Shown: positions 27,489-38,138, counted from the first letter of the stretch. The stretch: DNA of 64,000 nucleotides from Spartobacteria bacterium (GCA_947482345.1 CANKJN010000004.1:234-64233); one strand, 5' to 3'. Translations and numbers: made by a program. The notes: generated by a model not told the origin, from the sequence alone.

Positions 27489-30065
27489 TCACTCCATACG
27501 CAAGGCAGAGGCGGGGGGAATCCGTGCGGCCCTGAGTGCGGGGAAGAATCCTGCCACGAGTGCCGCCGCCGTCATCCAGAGCGGAAGCAGGACCAACTCC
27601 AGCCATGGGTAGGAGAGATCGATGCTCCATCCGAAGAAGGCCTTGTTGATCACCCATGTCAGCACCAGGGCCAGCGCCGATCCGCTCGCGATGCCGACGA
27701 GACTTGCAAGGAATCCGATGAGCGCCGCCTCGGCCAGCATCATGCGGGCGACCTGAGCGGTCGAGGCACCCATCGACCGCAGCACGCCGAGATCGCGGGT
27801 CCTCTCCAGGACGAGGATCCCGAGCGTCAGCATCACCCCGCCGATCGCGACGGCGATCGAGATCGTGCGGAGCACGGCGGTCACCGCGAAGGTCTGGTTG
27901 AAGATTTCCATGATCCGTTGCTTGAGGGCGGCATTGCCGTAGCAGATGAACGCATCCTTCCCACCGAATGCGGCGACGAACTCCCCGCGACTCCGCTCCA
28001 TGGACGCGGGGGAGGTTCCCTTGCGGAATTCGATGGCCAGCGAGTGGACCCCGTCCGCGCCCCAGACTCTCTGGAAATACCCCGCACCCACCATCGCGAT
28101 CCCGCGGTCACGGGTGTAATCGCGGTAGAGATCGAGCACCTTCAGGCGTACGACGCCCCGCGGTCCGGTCAATTCCAGCTGGTCTCCCGGTCCGAGATGC
28201 AACCTCCGCGCCAGGCTCTCAGAGAGCGCCGTGCACCCTCCCTCCTCGAGCGCGGCGGTCTTTGCAGCTGCATCGCCGTGCAGGAAGTCGATCGCCCCGC
28301 GTGCGGGCCCCGAGACGATGCCGAGCGTCGCCGGCTCACCGGACACCGTGCGTGCCTCGACTTCGCGGAATGTCCCGACCGCCGAGACCTCGGGGCGTGC
28401 CGACCACCATGCCGCAGCCGATTCGGGAATCGTGTGCTCCAGCCCCAGCAGTTCGTTGGAAGCCGGCGCGATGAAGAGATCGGCCGTAAGTGTCCGGCCG
28501 GCCCATGAGACCACGCTCCCACGGAATGAGTGGATCATGACACTGATGCCCACCGTCATCGCGGCGGCGGCGGCAAGGGCCGCAACCGTCGGGGCTGTGC
28601 GGTGGAGGGAGCGCATGGTCTGCCCGAGCGCCAGCCGGGCGATCACCCCGTGCGCCTCATGTTCTCGCCCTCTTCCGCACAGGTGCGACGCGAACGTCAT
28701 GACTGCGGGCACGGTCAGCGAGAAACCCGCTAGCACCAGGAAGGCCGCCCCGAACCCGAGCAGGGCGGGCCAGCCATGCAGGGCACCGAGAGAAAGCAGC
28801 AGCGCAAGCAGCAGCAGGCCCGCCCCCCATGCGGCCAGACGCGCGGCCGGGAGCGGAAAAATTTCCGGTGCGGCACCGGGATGCAGCACGCGTGTGGGAT
28901 CGACGCGCGCGGCCTGGCGCGCGGGGATCCACGCGGCGACAAGGGCCGCCACCACACCCGCCAACACGCCGGCAAACGCTTCGGTCGTCGTTGGCCAGCC
29001 CCCCTGCGCATCGACGGGGAGATAGAGTGCGGTCACGGTTTTTGACACGGGGGCCGCCATCACTCCCGCCAGTAGCGGTGATACAAGAATGCCCAGCAAC
29101 GCACCGACTAAACCGCTCAGTCCGGCCTCGGCGAGGACCATCGCCAGGATCTCGCCGCGCCCGGTTCCGACAGCGCGGAGGATGCCTAGGGAGACTCTCC
29201 TGCGGACCACGGCGGCGGCCGCCGAATTGCCGACGAAGAACATCCCCACCATGAGCGAGACCAGACTCAGCGCGGTGAGGTTCAGGCGGAATGCGGAGAG
29301 CATGATGTCGACCTGACGCGAACGGCGCGCCGGTGGATCGACCGTTACATCTCCGGGCAGAAGGCTTCTCAGCCGTCGGGCCACCTCGTCGCGACGCGCC
29401 GGGTCTTCCAGCTTGACCAGGATGGCCGTGAGCAGGCCCGTACGCCCGGTCCACTCCTGGGCGGTGGCCAGATCGGTCGCAACAACCCCGACCCCGCTGA
29501 CAGCACCATCCCCGGTACCGATGACATGGGTCATCCGCATGGTCCTGGGCGCGCCGGGTCCCTGGAGCCTGAGCGTATCACCAGGCTTAAGGCCGTGATT
29601 CGCCAGGAATTCCCGCGTAACGGCGATCGTGTCGTCAGCGGCGAGCCACTCGCCCAGATCTCCTGATGAGTCGGCAGACGAGTCGGATCCCATGGTCGCC
29701 TCGAACCCGAGCAGTCCCTTGGCCGTGAACGGGTCGATTCCGGCGAGACGCAGGGATTCACCGGGCGTGTCGGGCAGCGTCACCATCGACTCGATGAGCG
29801 GCGTTGCACCGGCGACCCCGGTGCAACGCTGCACCTGCGGCAGGACGGTCTCGGGGATTTTCCCGCGGATCTCCAGATCGGCGCTCCCCGTCACCATCTC
29901 GAAGGCGCGGTGGAAGCTCCCCGCGGCGCTCCGGTTGGCAACCGTGATGGCCAGGAAAACCGCCACGCCCAGCGCGATGCTCAGGACGCCCAGCAGGGCC
30001 GCCCGGGGATGATGGAACAACGGGCGGATCGCTCCTCTCCAGCAGAGTCGGATGACCGGGCGCAT
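27489..30065 (-). CDS. FtsX/MacB-like ABC transporter permease (two fused permease repeats)
   Basis: GVLSIALGVAVFLAI, LGILRAVGTGR and LGVLRSMGAS motifs; two periplasmic domains. Confidence 0.88.
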   Translation of the reverse strand: MRPVIRLCWRGAIRPLFHHPRAALLGVLSIALGVAVFLAITVANRSAAGSFHRAFEMVTGSADLEIRGKIPETVLPQVQRCTGVAGATPLIESMVTLPDTPGESLRLAGIDPFTAKGLLGFEATMGSDSSADSSGDLGEWLAADDTIAVTREFLANHGLKPGDTLRLQGPGAPRTMRMTHVIGTGDGAVSGVGVVATDLATAQEWTGRTGLLTAILVKLEDPARRDEVARRLRSLLPGDVTVDPPARRSRQVDIMLSAFRLNLTALSLVSLMVGMFFVGNSAAAAVVRRRVSLGILRAVGTGRGEILAMVLAEAGLSGLVGALLGILVSPLLAGVMAAPVSKTVTALYLPVDAQGGWPTTTEAFAGVLAGVVAALVAAWIPARQAARVDPTRVLHPGAAPEIFPLPAARLAAWGAGLLLLALLLSLGALHGWPALLGFGAAFLVLAGFSLTVPAVMTFASHLCGRGREHEAHGVIARLALGQTMRSLHRTAPTVAALAAAAAMTVGISVMIHSFRGSVVSWAGRTLTADLFIAPASNELLGLEHTIPESAAAWWSARPEVSAVGTFREVEARTVSGEPATLGIVSGPARGAIDFLHGDAAAKTAALEEGGCTALSESLARRLHLGPGDQLELTGPRGVVRLKVLDLYRDYTRDRGIAMVGAGYFQRVWGADGVHSLAIEFRKGTSPASMERSRGEFVAAFGGKDAFICYGNAALKQRIMEIFNQTFAVTAVLRTISIAVAIGGVMLTLGILVLERTRDLGVLRSMGASTAQVARMMLAEAALIGFLASLVGIASGSALALVLTWVINKAFFGWSIDLSYPWLELVLLPLWMTAAALVAGFFPALRAARIPPASALRME

Positions 30066-30067
30066 CC

Positions 30068-32830
30068 TCACTCTCCCCGAGGGCTTCCGGCAATCCCGGA
30101 GGCCGTCCGGAGCCGGCGCTCCAGGCGCATCAGGGCGTTGCGCTCCGTGATTTTCCCTCCCTCCTTGGTGCGGAGGTAGAAGACGTCGAGCGCCGCGTTC
30201 TGTTCCGTGGCGATGCGCGCCGCTTCGATCGAGATGCCGCCGTGGGAGATGGCGCGGAGCAGATGGTAGAGCAGTCCGAGCCGGTCGGGTGCCTGCACCT
30301 CCAGGATGGTGCAAGTCGGGTGGGCGTTGTTGTTGACCACCACCCAGACCGGCGTTTCCTCCTCGTTCTCCGGTGCGCGTCGGAGCGGAAGGGAGGGGCT
30401 CTTCGGCGCGGGCACGGTGCGGCTCCCGGGCGCCGGCAGCAGGTCGTCGAGGCGTTCCTTGAACTGCATCCGTTCCCGCTCTCTGGGGAGCGGTTCGTTC
30501 CGGTGGTTGGAGACCCTGAAGATGTCGAGCGCCAGCTTGTCGGTCCGGGTGTAGATGTCGGCTCCCAGCACGTTGATACCGGATTCGAGAAAGGCGGCGG
30601 CGATCCGCTCGAGCAGGCGCTCGCGATCCCACCCGCACACCAGCACCTCGGCGTGACCCGCTTCGGGATGATCGATCCACTGGATCACGGGATCGAGGTT
30701 CGGCCCCTCCTGCCGGAGTCCCTGATCGAAGAACTTCCGGAAGAGCTGAAGGTGCGTGCGGATCTCCGCTGCGTCGCGTGTCTGGAAGTAGCGCTCAGGC
30801 ATCCCGCCGAAGTGCGCCTCGATTTCCTCGCTGTAGCTCTCGGGGAGGGTTTCCGCCACCTGACGGTGCAGCTCCTCGCGGCGCTGGAACCTCTCCTGCC
30901 TGTAGCCGGCGCTGTCCCGCAGGTAGGCGCGGGTCTGGTGGTAGAGTTGCCAGACCATCTGCTCCTTCCAGTCACTCCACCCCTCGTCGCTCGTGCCCAT
31001 GCCGTCGGCCAGCGTGATCACCATGAGTGCGTCGAGCATCACGGGGTCGCGCACGATTACCGAGAATTCCTCGACGGTCGCCGGATCCTCGATGTTGCGG
31101 GTGCGGGCGATGCCGCTCATCTCGCCGTGAGCCGAGACCAGGGCGATGAGCATCCTCTTCCGTTCAGGCGAAAGCTGCAGGCGCCGCGCCACCTTCTGGG
31201 CCGCGAGCGCGCTCGCCTCCTCGTGACGGCGGGTGTTGGCCGCCTTCCCCGTGTCGTGCAGGAGCATGGCAAGGTAGAGGACCGCCGGATCGTCGAATTG
31301 GCGGAAGATTTCGCCGTAGCGCTTCAGCTTTGGATCGGTGGCGAAGAGCAGGTCATCGATCTTGTCGGCGCACCTCAGCGTGTGCTCGTCGGCCGTGTAC
31401 CGGTGGAAGAACTCGTGCTGGACCAGGCAGGTCAACGGCTCGAACTCGGGCAGGTATTTTCCGAGGAATCCGAGGTCGTGCATCAGGCGCAGGATGCGAC
31501 TCACCTCCCCCTTCCGGGAGAGGATGGCGAGGAAGACCGTGCGGTTCTCCTTGTTGTACTGGAAGGTCCGGTCGACGAGCCGGAGACGCCTCTTCACCAG
31601 ATCCTCCATCTCGGCCGAGAATCCGAGCTTGCGGGTCTGGGCGAGCTGGAAGGCCCTCATCATTCGCCCCGAGTCGCGGTTGAAGATGTCCCGCGTCTTC
31701 GGGAAGATCTCGCCGTTGCGGATGATCATCTCGTCGACGGTTTCCTGTCGGCGGCCGAGGAACTTGGTAAGGATCCCCGACTTGATCCCGTGCTCTTCGC
31801 GGATGCGGCCGAGAGCGAGCGTGGTGATGAGATGGATGCTGCGGGTGCGGTTGTAGTAGTCCCGCATGAAGGCCTCGCACCGCCGCAGGATGTTCTTTTC
31901 GGGATAGCCGAGGGCGGTGGCGACCTTTCCCTGGAGCTGGAGGGTCAGTTGGTCGGTGGCTCGTCCGGTCTGGTAATGCATCTCGGTGCGGACGCGCAGC
32001 AGGAAATCATGAGCCTCCTCGAGCGTGCGCCTCTCCCTTTCCCGGAGGATCTTCTCCTCGACGAGTGCCGCAGTGTTGCTGGCTCCCGAGTGAAACATTC
32101 CGGTCCAGAGCAGGTTCTGGTAATCGCGCAGGCCGCCGCAACCCGACTTGATATTCGGCTCCTGCATGAAGACGCTCGCCCCGTAGCGGCTGCGCAGTTC
32201 CTTCAGGTTCTCGATGCGGAAGGCGATGTAGTCCTTTTCCTTCCCCTTCACGCAGGCTTTACCGAACTTCGCGCGGAAGCTCTCGAAGAGTTTTTTGTCA
32301 CCGGCCAGCCAGCGGCTTTCGATCATGGCCGTCTTGGTCATCATGTCTGAATTGGCCTGTTCCAGCGCACCCTTGATCGACCGTGTGGCGTGGCCCACCT
32401 TGAACCCGAGATCCCAGAGCGCCATGAGGCACGAGGAGATGATCTGCTCCATCTGCTTGGTTGGCTTGGTCCCTTCGTGAAAAAAGGTTATGTCGACGTC
32501 GCTGCAGGGATTGAGTTCTCGGCGCCCATAGCCGCCGAAAGCCCCGACCATTAGTCCAGGGACTTCTTTTTCGCCCGTCTCCCTGATCGTCGAGAAACGG
32601 AAAATCTCTCGGAAGAGAATGTCCACCATCTCGGCGCGGCGCGACGCGATTTCCCTGCCTCCTCCCTCGGCGCGGTGCCAGAGCTTGAGCCGGTGCTCCT
32701 CCTTTTTGCGGAAGCTCTGCAGTTTCTGCACCGGCAGCACCATCTCCCCGTCCATCACGGCGGCGAGTTGTTTAGCCACCTCCTGTTGGATGCGTGCCCG
32801 GTGCTCTGAAAGTGGAACGATTCCCTCCAT
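30068..32830 (-). CDS. glnD: [protein-PII] uridylyltransferase
   Basis: GGYGRRELNPCSDVDI nucleotidyltransferase, EPNIKSGCGGLRD, HD domain (FFHRYTADEH, LLHDTGK), two ACT domains (DRERLL, DRLGLL). Confidence 0.95.
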   Translation of the reverse strand: MEGIVPLSEHRARIQQEVAKQLAAVMDGEMVLPVQKLQSFRKKEEHRLKLWHRAEGGGREIASRRAEMVDILFREIFRFSTIRETGEKEVPGLMVGAFGGYGRRELNPCSDVDITFFHEGTKPTKQMEQIISSCLMALWDLGFKVGHATRSIKGALEQANSDMMTKTAMIESRWLAGDKKLFESFRAKFGKACVKGKEKDYIAFRIENLKELRSRYGASVFMQEPNIKSGCGGLRDYQNLLWTGMFHSGASNTAALVEEKILRERERRTLEEAHDFLLRVRTEMHYQTGRATDQLTLQLQGKVATALGYPEKNILRRCEAFMRDYYNRTRSIHLITTLALGRIREEHGIKSGILTKFLGRRQETVDEMIIRNGEIFPKTRDIFNRDSGRMMRAFQLAQTRKLGFSAEMEDLVKRRLRLVDRTFQYNKENRTVFLAILSRKGEVSRILRLMHDLGFLGKYLPEFEPLTCLVQHEFFHRYTADEHTLRCADKIDDLLFATDPKLKRYGEIFRQFDDPAVLYLAMLLHDTGKAANTRRHEEASALAAQKVARRLQLSPERKRMLIALVSAHGEMSGIARTRNIEDPATVEEFSVIVRDPVMLDALMVITLADGMGTSDEGWSDWKEQMVWQLYHQTRAYLRDSAGYRQERFQRREELHRQVAETLPESYSEEIEAHFGGMPERYFQTRDAAEIRTHLQLFRKFFDQGLRQEGPNLDPVIQWIDHPEAGHAEVLVCGWDRERLLERIAAAFLESGINVLGADIYTRTDKLALDIFRVSNHRNEPLPRERERMQFKERLDDLLPAPGSRTVPAPKSPSLPLRRAPENEEETPVWVVVNNNAHPTCTILEVQAPDRLGLLYHLLRAISHGGISIEAARIATEQNAALDVFYLRTKEGGKITERNALMRLERRLRTASGIAGSPRGE

Positions 32831-32847
32831 GGTGTCAGAAATAATTT

Positions 32848-33798
32848 CTATGGCTGGGTCGCGGTGATCACGATCTCCACACGCCGGTTGAGTTGCTGCT
32901 CCGCAACACTTCCCGTGGCCGGAACCAGGAGACGCGACTTTCCAAGGCCTGCCGTCGTGATGCGTCCTGGGGGAATACCCGCAGATTTTTGGAGCCATCC
33001 CCTCACCTCCTCCGCACGCCGGCGGCTCAGCGCCGTGTTATAGTCGTCGCTACCGAAGGAATCGGTATGCCCCTCGATCCGGAATGTCGAACCCGAGTTC
33101 CGGGCAATCAGCTTGCCGAGCTTGGCAAGTGATGCGGCGGCTTCTGGTTTCAACGTGGAGGAATCATACTCAAAGAGCAAATCTGTGGGCATCAAGATAG
33201 GTGCCGTTGCTGGTGTCACCTGCGCCCCACCCGCCAGCAGATCATCGAGGGAACTGAACCTAGGTTCCATTCCTCTACCTGTCACACTTCTTTCGTTTGC
33301 TACCTTCTCTTCGATTCCAGCGAGAGGTTGTTGCGCCTGCTTAGGTTCTGGAATGTAGATGGAGGTTTCCATGATTCCTTTCTCCCCTTTCTTCATCAGC
33401 GCCGAGATCTCCCCCTGTGATACTCCGGGTTTTTCCTGAATCTCCATCTCCACCGGCTTGGTGAGTATCATCTCCTTCGACGCCCCCTCCTGAGCGGTCG
33501 GGATCTGCGGACTTTCTTTTTCCACCGCGACAGGCTGGGGAGGCTCTTTTTTGCGTGGTGTCGGCGCCGGCTCCTCCAGAGTCTTGGGATCGATCTCCAC
33601 CCGTTTCATCCGGAATGTACGCGGCACGATCTTGTCATATCCCTCAGGGGAAAATCCCATCACCTTCCAGGATTCCGCTTTCCTAAAAAAAATTGCATGG
33701 AAGAGAAGAGACAGAAAAAGCGACGCGAGGAACAACCACAGGAAGAGGGAACCCTTGCCCTTTCCCGTTAGCGGTTTTTTCTTCTTTGTGGCACCCAT
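32848..33798 (-). CDS. membrane-anchored OmpA/MotB-like peptidoglycan-binding protein
   Basis: One TM, then LLFEYDSSTL, IEGHTDSFGSDDYNTALSRRRA, NRRVEI. Confidence 0.88.
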   Translation of the reverse strand: MGATKKKKPLTGKGKGSLFLWLFLASLFLSLLFHAIFFRKAESWKVMGFSPEGYDKIVPRTFRMKRVEIDPKTLEEPAPTPRKKEPPQPVAVEKESPQIPTAQEGASKEMILTKPVEMEIQEKPGVSQGEISALMKKGEKGIMETSIYIPEPKQAQQPLAGIEEKVANERSVTGRGMEPRFSSLDDLLAGGAQVTPATAPILMPTDLLFEYDSSTLKPEAAASLAKLGKLIARNSGSTFRIEGHTDSFGSDDYNTALSRRRAEEVRGWLQKSAGIPPGRITTAGLGKSRLLVPATGSVAEQQLNRRVEIVITATQP

Positions 33799-33854
33799 GG
33801 AGACGCGCCGGTACGATAAGGGAGCTTTCCCTGAACGGAAAGATTTCTTCCCTA

Positions 33855-34202
33855 GGGAAGCGCTGATTAAATCCCATGAAGGCCGCTGAATGCCATTTGC
33901 TGATTTTTGAAGGCGCGAGTGCTGGGCGATACCCGCAGCGGTCTCGCCCGAGCGAGCAACGCCGCAAAAATCGACAAATGGCTTCAGCCCTCCGGGTTGC
34001 GGAGATACAAGCCAAAGGCCACAAAGCCTTTGGCTTCGTGGCGTGGCACGGGGGCCAGCTGCGTTGGCTTGGCACTTACAGCCCTCTGCGGGGATGCTCG
34101 TGCCAAGCCACCTTGCCCGCGGCCCATGGCTTGCCCGGTCGTTGCTTCGCATCCGCTACGGCTTCCCGCAACGGCCTCTATGCGATTAAATCAGCGCTTC
34201 CC
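33855..34202. mobile_element. 348 bp MITE-like non-autonomous element
   Basis: 19-bp terminal inverted repeats GGGAAGCGCTGATTAAATC / GATTAAATCAGCGCTTCCC (1 mismatch); internal palindromes; no transposase. Confidence 0.6.
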
Positions 34203-34629
34203 GTAGCCGGGCGTGCTATTGTTTTCGCTCTCCGGAAAGTAAGCTCTACCGGGCCCCGGGATTTCCGATCTGTTCACACCATGTATTGATGAAATTTTTT
34301 GGAGGGTAGATTCTTCTTCTTCTTAATAGTGTGAATACCATGTGCCTTTCTCTCGAAGTCCCTTTATCCATCTGCTTTGCTGGGGCATTTGTTTCTGTGA
34401 ATGGGCTTCTCGCGGTTGTTCGCCACCGAGGGTTAGATTGTTCCGTGAAACATCTTTTCCCATTCCTGTCCCATTCGTTGGCATACCATTCACAATCTGT
34501 TCCCCAATCGAAGAGTTCAAATCCAACAATTTAAGAACTCAAGGAAAACCCAAGATAAAAAAACAGATAAATATTTATAAGTAATTAATATAAAAATACT
34601 TATAGAAATGTTCCATGTGGAATACAACC
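34203..34629. other. candidate replication origin region (AT-rich tract, degenerate DnaA-box-like 9-mers, parS-like sites)
   Basis: AT-rich 34545-34610; TGTGAATAC 34330, TGTGAATGG 34396, CCATTCACA 34486, TTATCCATC 34364. Directly upstream of mnmG; gene orientation switches here. Confidence 0.45.
34609..34624. promoter_or_regulatory. parS-like site TGTTCCATGTGGAATA
   Basis: One mismatch from the palindromic parS pattern TGTTCCAnGTGGAACA. Confidence 0.6.
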
Positions 34630-36525
34630 ATGTTCACCTACCCTACTCATTTTGATGTCCTTGTCATTGGCGCCGGGCACGCCGGGATAGAAGCTGCTCA
34701 TGCCGCAGCAATGATGGGAGCGCAGACGCTTCTGCTCACCCAGAATGCCGACACGATCGGCCAGATGTCATGCAACCCCGCCATTGGGGGATTGGCCAAG
34801 GGACACATGGTCCGGGAGATCGACGCCCTCGGGGGTCTCATGGGTCTCAACACGGATGCCACCGGCATCCAGTTCCGGATGCTCAATGCTTCCAAGGGAC
34901 CCAGCGTCCGAGCACCGCGGGCTCAATGCGATAAGAAAGCCTATCAGTTTCGGATCAAGGCGCTCTTAGAGAATCTTCCCAATCTCAGCCTCAAGCAGGC
35001 CAATATCACTGCGCTTATCCTCGAGGGTGACCGGGTGGTGGGTGCAGAAACGAATATTGGGCTTCGCTTTCTGGCAATGAGCGTCATCATCACCACAGGG
35101 ACATTCATGAGGGGCCTCCTCCATGTCGGCCTGAATAATCAACCCGGCGGCCGCATGGGCGATGCCCTCTCTACCCTGAGTGACAACCTCAAGTACCTCG
35201 GCTTCGAAGTTGGGAGATTCAAGACAGGAACCCCTTGCCGCCTTCTTGCAAAGTCTATCGACTTTTCCCGTTGCGAACGACAGGAAGGAGACACCCCGAT
35301 CCCCCTCTTTTCCCATATACCGGAAAGCATTGCGCGGAGGAAGGACGATATCCACACGCTGAACCATCATGATCCGGAAAAAGGAATGTTCCATGTGGAA
35401 CAAATTCCGTGCTGGATCACCTACACCACCGAGCAGACCCACGAGATCATCCGTTCAAACCTCCACCAATCCCCTCTCTATGCTGGTGTGATCGATGGGG
35501 TGGGACCGCGCTACTGCCCCTCCATCGAGGATAAGGTGGTGAAGTTTTCAGAGAAGCCGCGCCATCAGATTTTCTTGGAACCGGAAGGGAGGCATACGGG
35601 AGAGATCTACGTGAACGGCGTCTCCACTAGCCTTCCTTATGAGGTGCAGTATGCCTTCATACGCTCCATTCCGGCACTCGAGAATGCCGAGATTCTGCGA
35701 CCCGGCTATGCGGTCGAGTATGATTACTGCCCCCCTCACCAGCTCCATGCCACGCTCGAAACCAAGAGGATTGAGGGACTCTACTTCGCGGGCCAGATCA
35801 ACGGCACCTCGGGATACGAAGAGGCGGCGGCCCAGGGTCTCATGGCTGGAATCAACGCCGCCCTCAAGGTTCAGTCGAAGCCACCCTTCCAACTGGGTCG
35901 GGAGGAGGCCTACATCGGGGTCATGATCGATGATCTCGTCACGAGGGGGACGCCCGAACCCTACCGGATGTTCACCAGCCGTGCGGAATACAGACTGCGT
36001 CTGCGTCAGGACAATTGTGATATCAGGTTGACTGAAAAGGCTTTAGATCTAGGAATAGCTTGTGAATACCGCGCCCGCGTTTTCCGGGCCAAGCGGGAAG
36101 CCCTCGAATCCATTTCAAAGGAAGTCATTCTTATTCAACATGATGGACTACAATTAGCCCAGTGGATCAAGCGCACCGGGAACGAACCAAACAAGCTCCC
36201 CGCCGATCTCTATGGAAAGTATAGTCCCGAGATATGGGGGCTGGTCGAGACAGACCTCAAGTATGAGGGGTATCTACGCCGGGAACAGGATCAAATAGAG
36301 CGCCAGCGAGGACAAGAGTCGCATACGATCCCCGGAGGGATCGACTTCGATGCCATTCCGAGCATGCGCCTTGAGGCGAGGCAGAAGCTTCGCTCCTACG
36401 CCCCTGAGACGCTGGGTCAGGCTTCCCGCATCAGCGGGATCACCCCCGCCGACATTTCCGTACTGGCTGTCTGGATCAGGAAAATCTCAGCAGGGCAGGA
36501 ATCAGGAAGCGGTGAAAGGGGTTAA
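34630..36525 (+). CDS. mnmG: tRNA uridine 5-carboxymethylaminomethyl modification enzyme
   Basis: [60 protein letters not shown]. Confidence 0.97.
   Translation: MFTYPTHFDVLVIGAGHAGIEAAHAAAMMGAQTLLLTQNADTIGQMSCNPAIGGLAKGHMVREIDALGGLMGLNTDATGIQFRMLNASKGPSVRAPRAQCDKKAYQFRIKALLENLPNLSLKQANITALILEGDRVVGAETNIGLRFLAMSVIITTGTFMRGLLHVGLNNQPGGRMGDALSTLSDNLKYLGFEVGRFKTGTPCRLLAKSIDFSRCERQEGDTPIPLFSHIPESIARRKDDIHTLNHHDPEKGMFHVEQIPCWITYTTEQTHEIIRSNLHQSPLYAGVIDGVGPRYCPSIEDKVVKFSEKPRHQIFLEPEGRHTGEIYVNGVSTSLPYEVQYAFIRSIPALENAEILRPGYAVEYDYCPPHQLHATLETKRIEGLYFAGQINGTSGYEEAAAQGLMAGINAALKVQSKPPFQLGREEAYIGVMIDDLVTRGTPEPYRMFTSRAEYRLRLRQDNCDIRLTEKALDLGIACEYRARVFRAKREALESISKEVILIQHDGLQLAQWIKRTGNEPNKLPADLYGKYSPEIWGLVETDLKYEGYLRREQDQIERQRGQESHTIPGGIDFDAIPSMRLEARQKLRSYAPETLGQASRISGITPADISVLAVWIRKISAGQESGSGERG
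35387..35402. promoter_or_regulatory. parS site TGTTCCATGTGGAACA inside mnmG
   Basis: 16-mer matching the bacterial parS consensus; translates as MFHVEQ. Confidence 0.75.
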
Positions 36526-36812
36526 AAAGTTGGAACGTAGAACACGTAATTTGCATCGGGAAGTTCTGAGAACATAGGGGGCCTTGTTAAAAGAGTTAAA
36601 AAGGTGAAACGTTACAACGTAGATCCGGGAGAGACCTGACTCAGGAGTCGGGAGGCAGAAGGCAGGTAAAGTGTCGTCAAAAGATGACTTCATGAGTTTC
36701 CATACAGCCTCTGACTTCAGCCCCTTGTAACCTTTTCGGGACCCACCATCCTCCCCTATAGAGATCGCGCTGTTGCAAAAATCGGGATACAATAGGACAC
36801 TCCCTAACCGCC

Positions 36813-38138
36813 ATGAAACCCCTTCAGTTTCTCCTTATCATCCTGCTCATCGGTGTAAGTGCCACCGTCGGCGGTGTTGCCGGTTTCCGTTACGCGAAAT
36901 CCCCCATAGTGACGGCCACGCCCTCTCCCCGAGTCGAAGCAGCAGGTGCTCCAGGGTCGGGCGTCAAGGAGGCTGGGAGAGAGGAAAAGACAATCAATCT
37001 GGCTGCGGCTGAAAAGGGAGACGGCATGACCAAAGCTCCTTCCTCATTACAAGAATTCAGGGAGCGGATCAAAAAAGCCAAGGCGGAGTTAAATGAGAGA
37101 AAAGTTTATATGCTCCAGCATGACGCAGTGCAGTCACTCGATCCCTCGCAAATCTTAGATGCCCTTTCCGAGGCGAATTCCATGAAGACTTCATTGGAAC
37201 GGCAACAACTTCGGAATATGCTTCTCTCCCGATGGGTGGAGAGGGATCCCAAGGCCGCGCTCGCCTACGCACAGGGGATTGGAAACGTGACGGAAAAAAG
37301 CGACGCCATCGGGAGCGTCGCGTCGTCATGGGGATTCCAAGACTTCGCGGCGGCCAAGGCCAGGGTGGAGTCCCTGCCGCCCGGAACATTGCGCAATCGA
37401 GCCATGGATCATATTCTCTATGGACTAGCCCGGAAGGATCCAGCCACTGCCATGGGAATAGCCTCCTCTTTGCCCGGTGATCAGGGCATCTCTTCCCAGA
37501 GGTATGCATTGAACGAGTGGGCAGATAAGGATGCGGATGCTGCTCTTAACTATGTCAGCAAGCTCCCAAACGGAGACGCCAAGGATAGAGCACTCAACCA
37601 GATGATTTACAAGATTGCCGAGAATAATCCTGCCAAGGCGATTGACCTGCTGGACTTAATTCCCCCCGGTAATCAGCAAAACCAAGCCATCGACACAATC
37701 GCCGCCAACTGGGCGATGAACGATAAAAAGGCGGCCCTTGACTGGGCGAACCAGCAGACCGATCCGGAGATCAAGTCACGGATTTTAGACGGAGCAATCC
37801 GGGCGATGCAGACGACTGATCCGAAAGGCGCGTTGGAAGTGGCCCAATCTCTTCCCGTTGGAAAATCCCGGGATAACAAAATCATAGTTTCCCTCTTCTC
37901 GATGGCCCAAAGCGACCCCCAGTCCGCCATCGGCCTGGCTTCGGGGATGGAGGATGCCGACCTTCGTTCCAAAGCCCAGCAAAGCGTTGGCACGAGGTGG
38001 ATGAGGGTCGATCCAGCCGCCGCAGCCCAATGGGTCAATTCCTCCTCCCTTCCGCAGGATGTGAAAAACCGTCTTCTCCAGAAGAGTTCTCAACCAGAGA
38101 CAGGCGTTATGTCAGGAAATTTCATCATCTCCCAGTAA
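36813..38138 (+). CDS. membrane-anchored alpha-solenoid repeat protein (W..xDPxAA repeats)
   Basis: N-terminal hydrophobic segment, then ~6-7 repeats such as WVERDPKAALAY, WADKDADAALNY, WMRVDPAAAAQW. Confidence 0.7.
   Translation: MKPLQFLLIILLIGVSATVGGVAGFRYAKSPIVTATPSPRVEAAGAPGSGVKEAGREEKTINLAAAEKGDGMTKAPSSLQEFRERIKKAKAELNERKVYMLQHDAVQSLDPSQILDALSEANSMKTSLERQQLRNMLLSRWVERDPKAALAYAQGIGNVTEKSDAIGSVASSWGFQDFAAAKARVESLPPGTLRNRAMDHILYGLARKDPATAMGIASSLPGDQGISSQRYALNEWADKDADAALNYVSKLPNGDAKDRALNQMIYKIAENNPAKAIDLLDLIPPGNQQNQAIDTIAANWAMNDKKAALDWANQQTDPEIKSRILDGAIRAMQTTDPKGALEVAQSLPVGKSRDNKIIVSLFSMAQSDPQSAIGLASGMEDADLRSKAQQSVGTRWMRVDPAAAAQWVNSSSLPQDVKNRLLQKSSQPETGVMSGNFIISQ

Noticed and set aside
30242-32350. 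Long antisense ORFs (also 47184..48587, 52161..53684, 44957..46036, 11743..12942)
   Set aside because: Typical stop-poor reverse frames of high-GC genes; no motifs; each lies fully opposite a confident gene.
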